NCBI RefSeq assembly: GCF_000143415.4
Contig: NW_003314307.1
Coordinates: 754,859-818,858 of the forward strand
Source: Selaginella moellendorffii
Taxonomy: Eukaryota; Plantae; Lycopodiophyta
DNA length: 64,000 bases
Reading direction: 5' to 3'
Made by a program: the position numbers and the translations under genes. The notes under the pieces are model-generated. The model did not search any database, was not told where the DNA came from, and saw only the letters and a program-made list of their open reading frames with translations. Below are positions 50,401 through 63,319 of this stretch, piece after piece; the first letter of the stretch is position 1, and every line of letters starts with the position of its first letter.

Positions 50401-51859
50401 GAATCTTGACTATCTTCTATCATTCCGAGAAAAGGGGATGATATGAAGTCTAAGTGTACAACTATGATGCCATATACTAATATTAGTGTAGTGAGATTGT
50501 TTTCAATCCAAACCACTCATTCATGTATATCAGCTAGGGTTTTTGAGCTAATTAATATATATTTCTATATTCCATTTCCATATTCTATGCATTCACATTT
50601 TATATATTTATAAACAAATATAAGATAAACAAGTAAGAAGTTTACATTATATTAGATAAATATAGTTTTATATTATTATTACATGTTTTATATCCTTTTG
50701 TCCTTGGTCCTTTATGGCAATGAACCATAGGATAGGATATGTATATATATTAATTATAGAGGGGCAATTGGTTTTTTTCCCAAGATCATAAACCTATAAA
50801 GCTAAACCCAAACATTAAGGTCCCCCTGTTTCAATTTGCTGCTCAGAGGCAAACCTCCCTACCCTCCACACCAATCAAAGTAGTGGCTTATTGGTCTAGA
50901 GTGCCTGAGAAAGATTAAAGTCACTATAACTTATAAATGTATGTTTTGGTAATAAAAGGTATTTGTTTATATGATATATTATTTCAGTGAAGTACAGAAG
51001 TTATGCCTGATTTTACATTATGAACAAGAGGCACTAACTAAAGAAACTAATCAATTTCAATCTCCTTAGCAAGCAACCTAACTAAAAAATCCAAGAGATT
51101 CCAATCTCCTCAACAAGCAACTTGATGTTTGGGAGAAGCCCATTAGCCATTAGTTTATGTAGCATATATAAACTTGCATAGAAAGATTTGTGGAAAGACA
51201 TGTTACTTAGTAATAAAAAATATACCTAAAACTAGTTCATACCTTACATACTGTTTGATTGTAATTTTGTAATTGAGAGTTATCATTCACTCTTTATGCC
51301 CAATAATTCCACATTCTCCATAGCTAAAATTATGGTGAAAAGCTTTATCCAAACTAGGAATATATTTATAGATTTCTTTAGTTTATTATTTCTTTTATTA
51401 CCTCTTTTGTATATATATATTAATTTATATAAATATTAATATTATTTTAAAATGTATTTTAATTCATACAAGGAAATAGAGCACACTAGTTGGATTTTGA
51501 GTGTCTTCTAGATACCACAAGATAAACTCATCATCATTGTGTGCTTGGGGCTATTTCCTTGGTGAAAGTAATGAAAAACACTTTTCAGATGATTAAAACA
51601 CAAGAAATTTATGAAACTATCACAACTATAACAAGATCTATTTACTCACAAAAAAACTATTGCGCTTGATGCCTCAAGCATCTAAAGAAATACTTTGAGG
51701 GGAAGTACACCTCCTGAGGGGAGGTATACCTGGGGTAAGCAGCCATGCAAAAACTTATGGTAGCCTCCAAAATATATGAAAAAAGGCATATATGTGCTTA
51801 AATTGTTGTAATATATATTTATGACTTACAAAATAATATTTTGAACATAACAATTTTTT

Positions 51860-52900
51860 TATGCATGGGCATGCTTTAGTGCTTACCATATAAAAGTCCA
51901 GACATATGCAATTATTTCTGCTATGTAAATTCCAACTTTATATCAATTTTTTTTTATATATCAGCAAGATTCATGATATTTTCTAGTGGGGCAAGTTAGA
52001 TCTTTGAGAGTATTTTGGATACCACGGGCTAAACTCACCATCTCTATGTTCTTGGGGTTATGTGAGAAATCCACTTGAGGATGAGTAATATGATATAACA
52101 TTAGAACTACTTCAAGCCATGCAATCCAAAGGTTATATACTAAATTCACAAAGTTATATGACTACTCTCAATGTATGCTTGAGTTTTGCTACTAAAGAAG
52201 AAAGCAGGGAGATAGATATAGGTTTTGTGAAACTAGTGGCACTGGAGTGAGGCATAGCTTTGCACTGTTAGGCAACTCAAAGCAACAAAAGCAACAGTGG
52301 GGACTCAAAGTTTGCAGCAGTATTGGGGCCTAGCAATAGGGAAGAGCTTACGTAGAGATTTGTTGCTCTGAACTAGAGAGAATCCAAGTCATAGTGATGT
52401 GCTTAGTGGACTTTTACTACAAAGCTGGAAGTGTGGTCTTAACTCAATAGATTATTGACTTGATGCCATTGAAAGATCTTGTGGCCTGGACAGTGGATAC
52501 AATGGCTAAGAAGACACTACCTCCATGTTTAAAAGCTTTCACAGCATGTAAGATCTTGGTCTTCATTCTGATAGCTTTATGTTCCTTTCAATCATTGGGC
52601 TTGTGAAACAAGGAAATGAGTATTTGTATGCAATGGAGATAAAATATAAAATTTATCTTGGATGTGAGTACTATTATGGAGTGATTGATCTTTTAGGATG
52701 AGTAAAATCATTTGGATAATGCAATGATAGTGTTAAAATCTATGTCTCTAGAGCCAACTTGTATAACCTAAACTACCATTTTGAGCATGTGTAAGAAATA
52801 GAAAGATGTGTAGGTTGGGAAAATTGCATACAACACTTTAGTGAAGATTGATAAAAGGAACAATGTTACATATATACTTATGGCTAATTTATATAGAAAT
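51860..52900 (+). pseudogene. Highly decayed PLS-E PPR pseudogene
   Basis: Remnants LVDFYYKAG, MPLKDLVAWT, VIDLLG and YILMANLY (E domain) with many stops. Confidence 0.7.
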
Positions 52901-53815
52901 TAACATTTGTATGTCTGTTAAAAGAACAAAAGTTAGCAGCCATAACCAAGAAAGCATTAACTAAGCACTATTGTAATGTGTGATGTTGTGACAAGACAAA
53001 AAACTCTTATTTAATACCTTAATTTTGGTGTGGTGCTTCTCATCCCATTTTTCCACAGATTGCTTATGAATTTTGCTTGTGTAAAACCTATGTTGCATAC
53101 TTGTGTAAAACCTTTGCTAACTTTGTGGTGATGTCATATTTTTTGAGATGATATGGCATTAGTATTACATGGCAATCTGAGGTATTATAATCTATACACA
53201 CATAACATACTTTATAACAAAAATATTATATACATAATCATATTTCAATTGTTTATATAGTAATCAAAAAAATAATTATGTGTATACAATCATATATTCA
53301 TTACTATACAAAACTCACTTTTAGAAAAAAAAAATTATAAAATTTTCTTCTCAATTACCCATGCCTGATATCATATTTATTTTTCAAATCCATTAGCCAA
53401 AACATTTTTTTAATGAAATCTCAATTTTACCATTAACAAATAATAATAAATTACTACACATTTCATGTAACAACACTTAATACTTAATAGTAGTATTATT
53501 AATTGATCAAATAAAGTTTATATTTATAAGCATGTTTACACAAGATTAATCTTATTGCATATAAACTAATGATATAAAGAAGAATATACTAAAAAAAATT
53601 ATAAATTAAAAACATGTTTATAAATTATAAATAAAAATTAATCTAAATAAATAATAACCGTTAGATGGTAAAATATTCTAGAACATTTAAATATATCCTA
53701 AGTATATTCACTACTATCCTAGTGCCTAAGCAAACCAGAAATAATTTATAACTTTTATTTTAAAACATTGGGCGGGAGCTAAAGGGAACGAGTACTTGTC
53801 ACTAAGCCTTTTCCA

Positions 53816-54166
53816 TCAGCGGGTCTTCACTGCATCCAGGCTCTTTGATCCAACCGGCCGCCCGCCTCTGGCATACCTATAGATCCAGGTACTGGCCGCC
53901 ACGAAAGCGATGAATGCCACTGCCGCCCCCGTCGCCATCGCCGCCAGGACCGCCAGCGGCACCAGGATAGGACTAAAAAAGAGGAGTATCGGCGAGATGA
54001 GCAAGAGTGCCACGGCGCCACCCCCCAGCGCCATCGCTCCCACCGCCAGGATCGCCAGGATGCCAAGAACGCGGCGTGCCGAGGGCGATCGCTGCTTGAG
54101 ATGCTGGAGCGTGATGCCGGAATCATTGGATCTGGACTTGGCGAGATCGCTGTAGTTGGAGGCCAT
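53816..54166 (-). CDS. Oleosin (lipid droplet protein), 116 aa
   Basis: Long central hydrophobic stretch with proline knot SPILLFFSPILVP (PX5SPX3P) and C-terminal WIYRYARGGRPVGSKSLD. Confidence 0.92.
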   Translation of the reverse strand: MASNYSDLAKSRSNDSGITLQHLKQRSPSARRVLGILAILAVGAMALGGGAVALLLISPILLFFSPILVPLAVLAAMATGAAVAFIAFVAASTWIYRYARGGRPVGSKSLDAVKTR

Positions 54167-54310
54167 GGCGATCGAAGAGCTTGTGATTGATGGATTGGAG
54201 ATGGAGAATTGAAGCTGTGTGGGAAAGAACAAGAGATCCAATGGTTTTTTATTTTGATTTGGGGCTGGCATGGGCGTCGCACCTGGCAGCCTGTGGCTCA
54301 CACGGAGGAT

Positions 54311-54318
54311 TGCATGCA
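54311..54318. promoter_or_regulatory. RY element (TGCATGCA) upstream of oleosin
   Basis: Palindromic CATGCA ~145 nt upstream of the oleosin ATG. RY motifs are known B3-factor (ABI3/FUS3) sites in oleosin promoters. Confidence 0.5.
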
Positions 54319-54622
54319 GCAAAGGTAAAATCTTTTTCTCGAAGTTCTTTCGTAAAAATTTATTTGTCTGCAAACTTAGCTCTACCAGTTTTATTCATTC
54401 GAGTCATCATCAGAAGAAGAAGAAGAAGAAGAAAAAAGAGAAAACGGTTTTCTGTCAATAGAGAGATCCCGAGCCTGGAAATTGATCTTACTGTAAAACT
54501 TGGCTTGGGCGAGAGGATGAAAACGAAGCCACCGGAGAGCCTAACGTCGTAATGAGCAACGCGCACAGGTTCGTTCCTTCGTTCGCTTCCTTGATTTGTC
54601 TTCCCTTTCGTCGTCACTCTTT

Positions 54623-54754
54623 CTATAGCTTCTCGCAAACAGCATTCGTGTACTCGGTTGTGCCAGCGTTGCCTCCCAGATCGCCCGTCAGGTACTTCCC
54701 TTCCTCTATTGTCTTTAGCACAGCGTTTTGGATCTTCTCTGATTGCTCATTCAT
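54623..54754 (-). pseudogene. Orphan C-terminal exon of NAD-dependent isocitrate dehydrogenase catalytic subunit
   Basis: MNEQSEKIQNAVLKTIEEGKYLTGDLGGNAGTTEYTNAVCEKL* matches the T-x-DLGG C-terminus of the IDH/IPMDH family. No upstream exons are recognisable. Confidence 0.75.
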
Positions 54755-56099
54755 GTCTCGACGACGTCTTTGTGGCTCTTGTCTACTGTGATGAGAATTC
54801 GTTACAAAAATACCTTCTCGACTGTGTGTGTCGTTGGGAGCAGCCTTCTCTTCTGGAGAGTGACAATACTCTGGTGAAGAAGTGGCAAAATTCACAAAGG
54901 ATGGCTTCCTCGTTTTAAGAGACCAGAATGTTGAGATATGTTTTATTTGTACTTGCGGTCTTGGCACGGTTGCGCAAATATTATGGCTTTGCAAAGTTAC
55001 AGTGGAATGCAAAATCTATATCAGCACAGTACATGATCACCCACAAACACGACAAGCTTGCACATAGTCAAATCCAGTCTTGAAAATTTCTGATGCAAAT
55101 TATCCAGGTTAGTGAAATAACTAAAGAACCTTGTCAGACTTGATTGGTCTTGTTTCAAAGTCAGTGCATCGTCTTGAGCACTCAGAAAATATAGTTTTTC
55201 ACTATGGCACTTCATGGCATATGATCAGGTATATAATTCTGAAATTAAGATCTCTTTAAGGTGTTGTGTTTATAAGAGATGGAGATAGATAGATAAATAG
55301 ATATTTATAGTCACTGCAGGAAATGAATTCAAGCAAAACATTTTTCCCCTTTCCTAATTGGACACTCTTAACCCAAAGATGTATGTGCATTGTAGGGGTT
55401 CTTTTTGGCATTTTCAATATGTAAGTTTTAAGTTTTTCAGTCAAAGGAGAATATTTTGTTGCAAAAACTTTGAATAATATGAGTGGTGGTGCTTAAAATC
55501 GACAGTCACAATGCAGCCACCTGTTTAAAATATTTTTAATGGTTGTGACCACATTTACATTTTAAGGGTACTGAAATTTTGCTTAGCAAATTCAAGAGTG
55601 ATATGGAGAGATCTTGATGATGTACGGTGCAAAATAAGAGAAATAGAGGGACTAAAGTAACACTTTGTGTCCTTTTGGGAGAACAGAAAAAAAGGGAAAT
55701 AAAAGGGGAGAAAGAGAGGGATTAGGGTAACAGTTTGTGTCCTTTTGGGAGACATTTTCAGTGGTGTGTATGTCTTTGGCCTCTTGTGATCACTACCTAG
55801 CTTGCTTTTTGCTACATTAAACAACCATTACATTGAGAGGTATGGATCTTGAGTTAAGGGATCTTTGTGACTCAGGGGATTAGATTGGTGCAGGCAGATT
55901 TGGGAATTTAGAGGGTATTTGAGGGTTGAAAGATGGATTAGAGCTTGCATGTATACAGAAATTCATGAACTGCCCTGGGACGCTGAGGGGGAGGGTGTGC
56001 TTTTCTGTACTGGAGTCAACTTGCTCCAAAACCGATAAACATTTCAAGAAATCTACTCTTTGCTGCTTGCAAGGAAAAGAAGGACAAAAGCGATGGCAG

Positions 56100-57847
56100 C
56101 CCTGAGACAATAAAATGCTCTTGATGCCATAGTAGCAAACCTCCCTAAATTCATAGGAGAATTGGAGGAAGACCTAGGCTGCATTTGGAAAGTGTGAAAT
56201 CATTTCTAGCAGCGATGGAGGACTCACAGGTGGCATACTTCTGCTTGTCACTTTCTGGTGAGGCTCTCTTGTGGCAGCTCACACAACAACAGGCGGTTAA
56301 CTTTGAGTCTCTCACAAAGCTTTTCCTTACTCGTTTTGAGATGCTAGAGAGCAAAGATCATGTGATGGCAAAGCTTGATTTTATCTGTCAGCAACCGCAA
56401 GAGCCTCTAAGGGCTTCTAGATGTATATCTGAAAATGAACCTACATTCATGTGTTGCATCCTGATCTGGCTCAGAAAGTACATTACAACAAACCAACTAT
56501 AGTGAAGGCTGTGACATTAGAGGCAGAAACTCAAGAGCCAAAGTACTTGATCGAGATGGGATCATCTTCCTCTATCTTTATATTCTCAGTGCATCAGAAA
56601 TCAACATCATCATTGGAAATTTGCATGCAGGACGTTCTCACTACCATAGACAAAGGTCAAGAGAGAGAAGCTGCTAGCTTGATTGGCATCAACATGACTT
56701 GGATAGGAACACATTCCTATAAACTCGGTTGTTACCTCGACAGTCTCAGACCTAGTTGCAAAAACGTCTATTTACCAACAGGATGGCTTGCCTCTGGAAT
56801 TTTTTCTAGCTTATCATGTGAACAGTTACTATAGACCATGAGGTCAAGGATGTGGTTTCCCATCAGACTGCTGTGCCTCCTAGTTATCACAATTCACCTC
56901 AGTGGCCACCACCACTGGCTCCGGTGGCTTGGCAACCAATGGTGTATTCAGTGCCATATTAGTCCCCAATTTTTGTTTCTACGAGGCACATAGAAGATCG
57001 TTGTTTCTGAGAAGCACAAATCTGTGGAGGCTTTATCCAAGGAGTTTTTAGACATGTTTGTGTGGAGTTATAAGGACTTGAAAGGTGTAGATCCTGATGT
57101 TATCATGCACCATATTCTACTCAAGACTAATGCAATACTGATTCAACAACCAGCTCACCAGATCAATCTTGTTCTTAAGCCTCTTATCAAGCAAGAGATT
57201 CAATTCAACTATATTTAGCTGGTGGAGGTCGCTAATTGGAGTGCTAGTACTTAAAGCTAATGGAAACTTAGAAGTAAGCAAGGTCCCGACTCTGTGTATA
57301 TACTATTCTTGATGTGATGGCAGGAAAGGAAGTACACAGTTTTATGGATGGGTTTTCAAGTTATAACTAGATTCAAATTGCAAAAGAGGACCAGCTTAAG
57401 ACTTATTTTCACACGTCATGGGGAATTTTTTCTTATCAAGTTCTCCCTTTTGGAACTCTATCAACCTTTTAGCAGTTGGTGATGTTCATGTTTCATGACC
57501 TTATGTTACACTTTCTTCCTATTTATATAGATGACTTTGCCACAGGCACTAGCAGAGGTCACCTATCCAACTTTCTAGGCATTTTTTGTGTCCAAACTCA
57601 ACTCATAATAAAAGTGTTAGTTTTTTGTACTAAGGCTCTTAAGGCACCTTTTCAATGTGTGAGGCATTGTTAACTTCAGCAACATAGTTAACATAAGTCA
57701 AAGGAAAGCTCAACAGTTACATTAAGGCATTGGGAAAATTCACCTAGGGTAAGTAACTTAACCTACCTTAAAAGCTTGGGGGTGAGGAACCTCAAGATGA
57801 GGCCTAGGGAGGCTAGACATTTTTATCTTTTAGTCCTGGATCATAGA
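56100..57847 (+). mobile_element. Degenerate Ty3/Gypsy (Tat/Athila-like) gag-RT remnant ending in an LTR-like segment
   Basis: EFLDMFVWSYKDLKGVDPDVIMHHI, FMDGFSSYN.IQIAKEDQLKT, YQVLPFG and IYIDDF. Segment 57668-57847 resembles the LTR at 62959-63146. Confidence 0.8.
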
Positions 57848-58147
57848 AAGTTTTTTTTGGAGATTTTATAAATTATAAACATGTTCACAAATTACAAAAT
57901 ATATAAATTAATGTGATTTGAAACTCTTTGATCACTCTCATAAAATCCTGGACATGATGACAAGAATGTAATCTCTTGAGATTAGAGAGGTCTCATTTTG
58001 CCACAATTCTAAACAACATTGATTTAAATTTGAAGTTTGATCTAGTGTCTAACCTTCCTCCTCTCCCCTGAAACTTCTAGAAGCATTCAAGGTGAAACAT
58101 TGCGACATTTGAGTTTAAACCCTGAACAATTACATATTTTCTTCCAG

Positions 58148-58327
58148 AGATCGTTTCCACTGAGTGAGGAAGAATATCTCCTACACTTGGACGATGTGGC
58201 CAACGCTCTCCAGTGCTGGGGAGCCACGGTGATTCGCTCCAGCCTCGAGAAAACAGAAGAGAGGCCACGCATTGGCAAAGCCGTGGACGAGTCGGATGGC
58301 CATGCCAATGAATGGATCAACCGGTAA
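58148..58327 (+). pseudogene. Orphan 3' exon of a conserved plastid protein (DUF3067-like)
   Basis: After a TTCCAG acceptor: SFPLSEEEYLLHLDDVANALQCWG...RPRIGKAV...GHANEWI. Small deletions and no upstream exons. Confidence 0.6.
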
Positions 58328-58371
58328 CTAAAAGCTCTTCGATAAACTCTTAGATCGATCCACTCGATCTC

Positions 58372-59600
58372 TTACAACAGTTGATGAATCGAGCTCAGGT
58401 CCACCGAGTCTGGCTTGAAAGGCATGCTGAAAACAAACTCGCTCGCGTCTGCTGCCCGACATAGTGTGTCAATGACGCAGCTATGGAGTTTCTTACTGGA
58501 CACCACGAAGAAATCCGAGCTTAGGCAGCTAAAGCATCGACGAGCAGCATCAACGTGGCCGGATCGACTGCAAGCCAGCAAGATCGAGACGAAAGAGCTC
58601 TCATCTGGCCGTAAACCATCGCAACTCATCGAGCTCAAGATCTGGAACGCTCTTTACGAGCAAAGGCTAGCGGTCTGGGATTGAGCGCAACAGGCCAGGA
58701 GAGAGTTCACACTGAGACGTCAGCCAAAACTAAGAATTCGCTCGTCTTTCTCGAAAGGTGGCGATGGCATTCTTTGCGAGAAAACGTAGAAGCCATGACA
58801 CTCCACGCAACGAAGTTTCTCTCCGGCATGGAGTGAAAGATCGAGGCAGCGTTTCGAATGAATCCATTGCGCGCGTATCCGTCGAGCATAGCAGTCCAGG
58901 AAACCAAGCTCGCCTCCTCCATCGCCGGGAAGATCTCCTCGGCCTTGGACAGATGCCCGTTTTGGGCATACGCTGCGAGCATCGCTGTGCAGGCGATGAG
59001 ATTCCACTCGGCCATGGCACGAAAGAAGAAATCCTCGGCGCTCGCCAGATCTGAATCTTGGATGTAAGCCAAGAGCATCGAATTCCAGGAAGAATCGATC
59101 TTGGCGGGCATGGAATCAAATAGCTTTCTCGCTTCGACGGCATGCCCGAGCTGGGCATACACGGTGATCATCGCGTTCCAACACAGCTCGTCCCGGACGG
59201 GGGTAGAATCAAAGAGAAACCGCGCCGATTCCAAATCCCCGAGCGAGCGTGTGGATCATGGTAGTGATCGTGATGGCGTCGTGCTCCGGCATGGCGACGA
59301 AGAGGATACGTACACGGCACAGATGCCCTCTCTTGGCATACGCGTCCAGCATCGCATTGCAAGAGACGAGGTCGCGGTTGGGCATCTGGGCGAAGAAGAG
59401 CTCTGCCACTTTGATCGCCTCTTCTCCCTCCATTTCCCCTGCCACCAAGAATGCCGAGAGCATTGTGTAAGGAGACGAGGCTCCTCTCGGGCATGGAATT
59501 GAATTGGGATTTGGTAGCAGCCAAATGCCTAGCTGTGGCATATGCGGCAAGCATTCCATTCCACGCAATCAAATCCCACTCTGGCATTGACTGGGCTTGA
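58372..59600 (-). pseudogene. PLS-class PPR pseudogene (S-motif-rich), frameshifted
   Basis: Repeats MPEWDLIAWNGMLAAYA, MPNRDLVSCNAMLDAY, MPERNFVAW and PDESSFVSILLACS...CVIDTL spread over three frames. Confidence 0.88.
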
Positions 59601-60374
59601 TTTATTAATTTTGTTTCGGGCGAGATTGCACACATGAAGTCATATCCATTTTTCCCGTGCATAAATTTTACAAATTGTACATGTGGGACAACAATGCATT
59701 ATAAATCTCTTCGGTATATAAAAATGTCAGAGAGCGAGACGAAAATTTAAATAAAAAACAATTACCATTACTCTAGCAAAGTTACAGGCAGGGTAAATTC
59801 ATCTTATCGAGACCTAAAGTAAGCTTTGGCTTGCAAAAGACTCAAGCACTTATTATATAAAAGACCAATCACCATAGATCTTGTATTGTCTCGGCATATA
59901 TAAATATATGATCCAGAGCACAATTGTCTCTAATATTTGACCATGATGTGCTGCCTAAGATCCTTTCGCTTGTTTTCACGAACCATCTTTGTTTGGGTTT
60001 GGTTGACAGCTCCGTCAACATTGTATTACACTATTTCTTCATTTTTCTCGAAAAGTTTACTGGAGAAAACCTTTTCTCTCATTTTTTATTAAATTCTTCA
60101 GATCCATAAAATTGGCCTTCAGTGATAGTTTTGATGCACCATTCCTAGTTCTCAAGCAGCTCCTAAACACCTAAATTGGAAGTATGATAAATATCTTCCA
60201 AGGTGAGATGTGCAAAAGACTTTTTAATACCCTCTCCACATTAAAATTACATCTTGTGAAACAAAAAAGCTATGAACTAGTGAAAAAAACTAGAGTACCT
60301 GTGAACATCAGTTCTCAGATGCTTCGTAAAGCGCTCTCTAGTTACTCCAAATGAGTAGTGCAAGAAGAAGTGTG

Positions 60375-60650
60375 TCATCGTGACAGTGACATCAGAGTAC
60401 TTCTAAACTTGGGGTGGAAAACTTCTCGAGCAGCAGGCATGTCTCCACACTGAGCAAGCATGTGAGTAGTGGATTCCGCTCTCCCGGATCTGCGAGTGGA
60501 GCTATTCTCTGCTAAGTCGCCACGTGCCTTGAGCGCCACCATGAAAAGTCTGAGCGTTTGGCTGCCGGTTTGCTCGTAGCACTCAAGAGCAAAGGTTGTT
60601 CTTGGCATATCCCAGGAAACAATGTTTTGCTGCTCCATGCAAAGTCTCAG
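60375..60650 (-). pseudogene. PPR fragment
   Basis: NIVSW, ALECYEQ, FMVALKA and LAQCGDMPAAREVF. Confidence 0.5.
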
Positions 60651-61419
60651 CGTTTGGAGGCAGGCCAGCTTCTCGTTGCATCTGATAGAAGACGTGCATG
60701 TTCGTGTTCCAGGCAACCAACGTCGTGTTTCTTTGTCCTCCTGAACACTTCTGATGGTTCCACAGTCCACGAGGCTGCTTGGGACGAATGCATACGGCTT
60801 TGTATTCACAATTTGCGAGGTAGACCAACCTATCCTGTTCTTCGTCCCATCCTGTTGAACAACCTGTGTTGCAAGCCGCAGTGTAGACTTCGACCATACT
60901 ATCACAATTGCACTTGCTTGATTCCCGGCTTGACTCTGGAGAAACTTATCTGGCTGCTATGCCCTGCACTGCTTCTTCTCATTGAAATTGAGATTTGAGC
61001 GCCTGCAAGAACAGAGAGCAAAAGTAGTACGTTACCTTTTCTCAAACCTTTCGTCTCAAGAAACTTCTCTGGCCTTTGGAGGTGCACTAACGTCTGCTCC
61101 CCCGTCACTCTAGAGGATAGCTCAGTCAAATCGAAACTTGGTAGGTTCTTGCTCTATTTTCCAGTCCATGTTCCGAGCCAGCTGTGAAATAACTTCCAAG
61201 TCTGGTAGTTGACCCTTGTATGTGATCTGAGCAAGAGCCTGCTGTCTTCTTGCTCTGCAACTTCATCTCCTTGAAGATTGTTTGTACACAATCTTCCATG
61301 TGACAACGCATGTACTGTGCTGACTTACGCGTCATTGCCAGTGTTGGCAAGACACTTTGAGGAGAATCTTAGAGTGCCATTGCTGTGCGAACCACGAGTG
61401 TGAGCTTCCAGCTGTTTCT

Positions 61420-61431
61420 TCACAACGATGG

Positions 61432-61462
<31 letters not shown>

Positions 61463-61830
61463 TGTGGCGTCCTCCATGGTGGTGACCATGGTGGTGAACA
61501 ACCAGAGGAGCTCCATCACCGTGATGATGATGGTACACTGCTGCTGCTGGAGCTGGATGGTGGTGGTGAGCATGATCGAGGATAGCAGGCGCTGGAGCTA
61601 GATGAGCAGGGTGGCTGCGCTGGGGCTCGATCTGGAGCGTCACCTTGAAGAACTGGAGCTAAAGCTGGCGCTGGCTCGTGGCCTTGGTGTCCATGGTGGT
61701 GTGCTGGATGTGCTGGAGCTAGAGCTGGAGCTCGTGGGTGTGAAGCTCGGTGATGGCCGCCATGCCAGGGCACTTGAGCTGGGCGGGCAAGCATTGGGGC
61801 GGCGTGAGTGCGAGAGACCATAGCTTACCT
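61420..61830 (-). pseudogene. His/Pro/Ala-rich low-complexity (AGP/extensin-like) coding fragment, frameshifted
   Basis: PAPALAP repeats and poly-His across ORFs 61516-61821 and 61332-61643. (CAC)n microsatellite at ~61428-61457. Confidence 0.5.
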
Positions 61831-62269
61831 GACGAGAGCTTCGACAATAGAAAAATCCAAGCGAGAAAGATTATAACCTAACCCTTGACTTAGAAAAAAT
61901 AAAGAGGTACTTTTGGCTTTGTGAAAACAAAAACAGCTGGTGACGCTGTGCAAGGGTGCCATTGGGCTTGAGCATGCCAAAGAGCCCAAACCTAGATGAT
62001 TTAATCTCACAATCACGAAATGCTCTAGGTACAAATATTTCAAAAAGAGAAAATAATTTTAATTTGATAGCAACTCCTTTTTAGGCTCAATCTTAATGTA
62101 ATAAATGAAACTTTTTTACTTGTTTTTCAAACCTTTGGAAACTTAGCACTCATTGAATGCAAGTCATGGAGCTCATGGAAACATAGAGCATCAGCGTGAA
62201 CAAACTATTTCCTTTTCAAAAAAGTGGGAAAAAGAAACACAAGATAAATGTCTATCCATTGTTATTTTG

Positions 62270-63146
62270 ATGGTCTCGGGATGTACTTGATGAGTTTTCT
62301 GATGTTTTTCCATTTGAACTTCCTCATGGGTTACCTCCATTACGAGGTGTGGAGCATGGGATTACATTGGAGCTGGGGACGCGGCCAATTTACCGGCGTC
62401 CATTTCGGTTAAGTTATGCGGTTTACTTGGAGAAGGTTTTTCCTGATTTTGGTTTGTCGGAGGACATCATTAGTGATCGAGATTCAAAGTTCACTAGTGG
62501 ATTTTGGAAAAGTTTTGCAAAGGCTATACAAGTGACTTTGAAACTCTCGAGTGGAGATCATCCTCAGACGGATGGACAAACTGAGCATGTGAATCAGGCG
62601 GTGAAGGATATGCTACGTTGTAGCATTGGTCAAAGGCAAGGACAGTGGGATTTATATCTTCCGTTGGTGCAATTTGCTTACAAAAATAGCCAACACAGTA
62701 GAACCAAGCTAAGTCCTTACTTTGCCATGTTTGGAAAGCATCCTCGAACAACAGTGGAGTTGGGATTGCATTTGAGTAAGGACGTTCAAGATAAGCTTGA
62801 TTCCGAGGCAATTGATCTAGCCACAGAACTTGATGAGATTTTGGTGGTGTGTAAATGGAATTTGCAAGTAGCTCAGGAGCTTGAGCAAGATTCCCTAGAA
62901 AGGGTGATCACCGGCACAACTCGTCCTTGGGACAAGGACTTTGTTGGGGGGGAAGAATTGTTAGGCGTCAGCTTTGACTACATGGTCAACGTCGGTTAAA
63001 GGGAGGCTCAAAGGTATATTAAGGCATGTTAGGGTAAGGGACTTAACCTACCCTAGAGCTCACAGTGGAGCTTTTGAGGAACCTCAAGAGGTGGCGTAGC
63101 ATAGTCTAGGGCAACTAGATCTTTGTCTTTGCACCGGATCATAACA
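62270..63146 (+). mobile_element. Internally deleted Ty3/Gypsy element: pre-RT segment fused to integrase core, PPT and 188-bp LTR
   Basis: DEFSDVFP..LPHGLPPLRGVEHGI...RPFRLS joined directly to IISDRDSKFTSGFW...HPQTDGQTE. PPT GGGGGGGAAGAA. LTR TGTTA...TAACA at 62959-63146. Confidence 0.85.
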
Positions 63147-63246
63147 TTGGTATTAGACGGTGCAACATCCATCCATAGCTCCCCCAAAGGTCAACACCAG
63201 TAAAATTGCTCAAAACACCTGGAACGATCCAATAATTGAACATATT

Positions 63247-63319
63247 TGGAGATGCTGGGTATCGATCTCGGTGCCTCTTGCATGCTAAGTGAGCACTCTA
63301 CCATTTGAGCTACATCCCC
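63247..63319 (-). pseudogene. tRNA-Ala(AGC) pseudogene
   Basis: GGGGATGTAGCTCAAATGGTAGAGTGCTCACTTAGCATGCAAGAGGCACCGAGATCGATACCCAGCATCTCCA follows the plant tRNA-Ala backbone. Mostly CpG-type substitutions break anticodon- and T-stem pairing. Confidence 0.85.

Larger units (their letters stand above)
43186..50597 (+). mobile_element. Heavily decayed Ty3/Gypsy LTR retrotransposon hosting nested elements
   Basis: Similar short LTRs at ~43186-43344 and 50444-50597. PPT GAAAAGGGGATGATA before 50444. Remnants of gag (LKFFHGSLRDDV), the RNaseH end (RWALKL..YNFNVIH) and integrase (DLMGPFP, ILSDN, SAYHRQS, WKGPY). Confidence 0.75.

Noticed and set aside
63247-63319. Functional tRNA-Ala
   Set aside because: Mismatches in the anticodon and T stems, with a decay pattern typical of methylated CpG.
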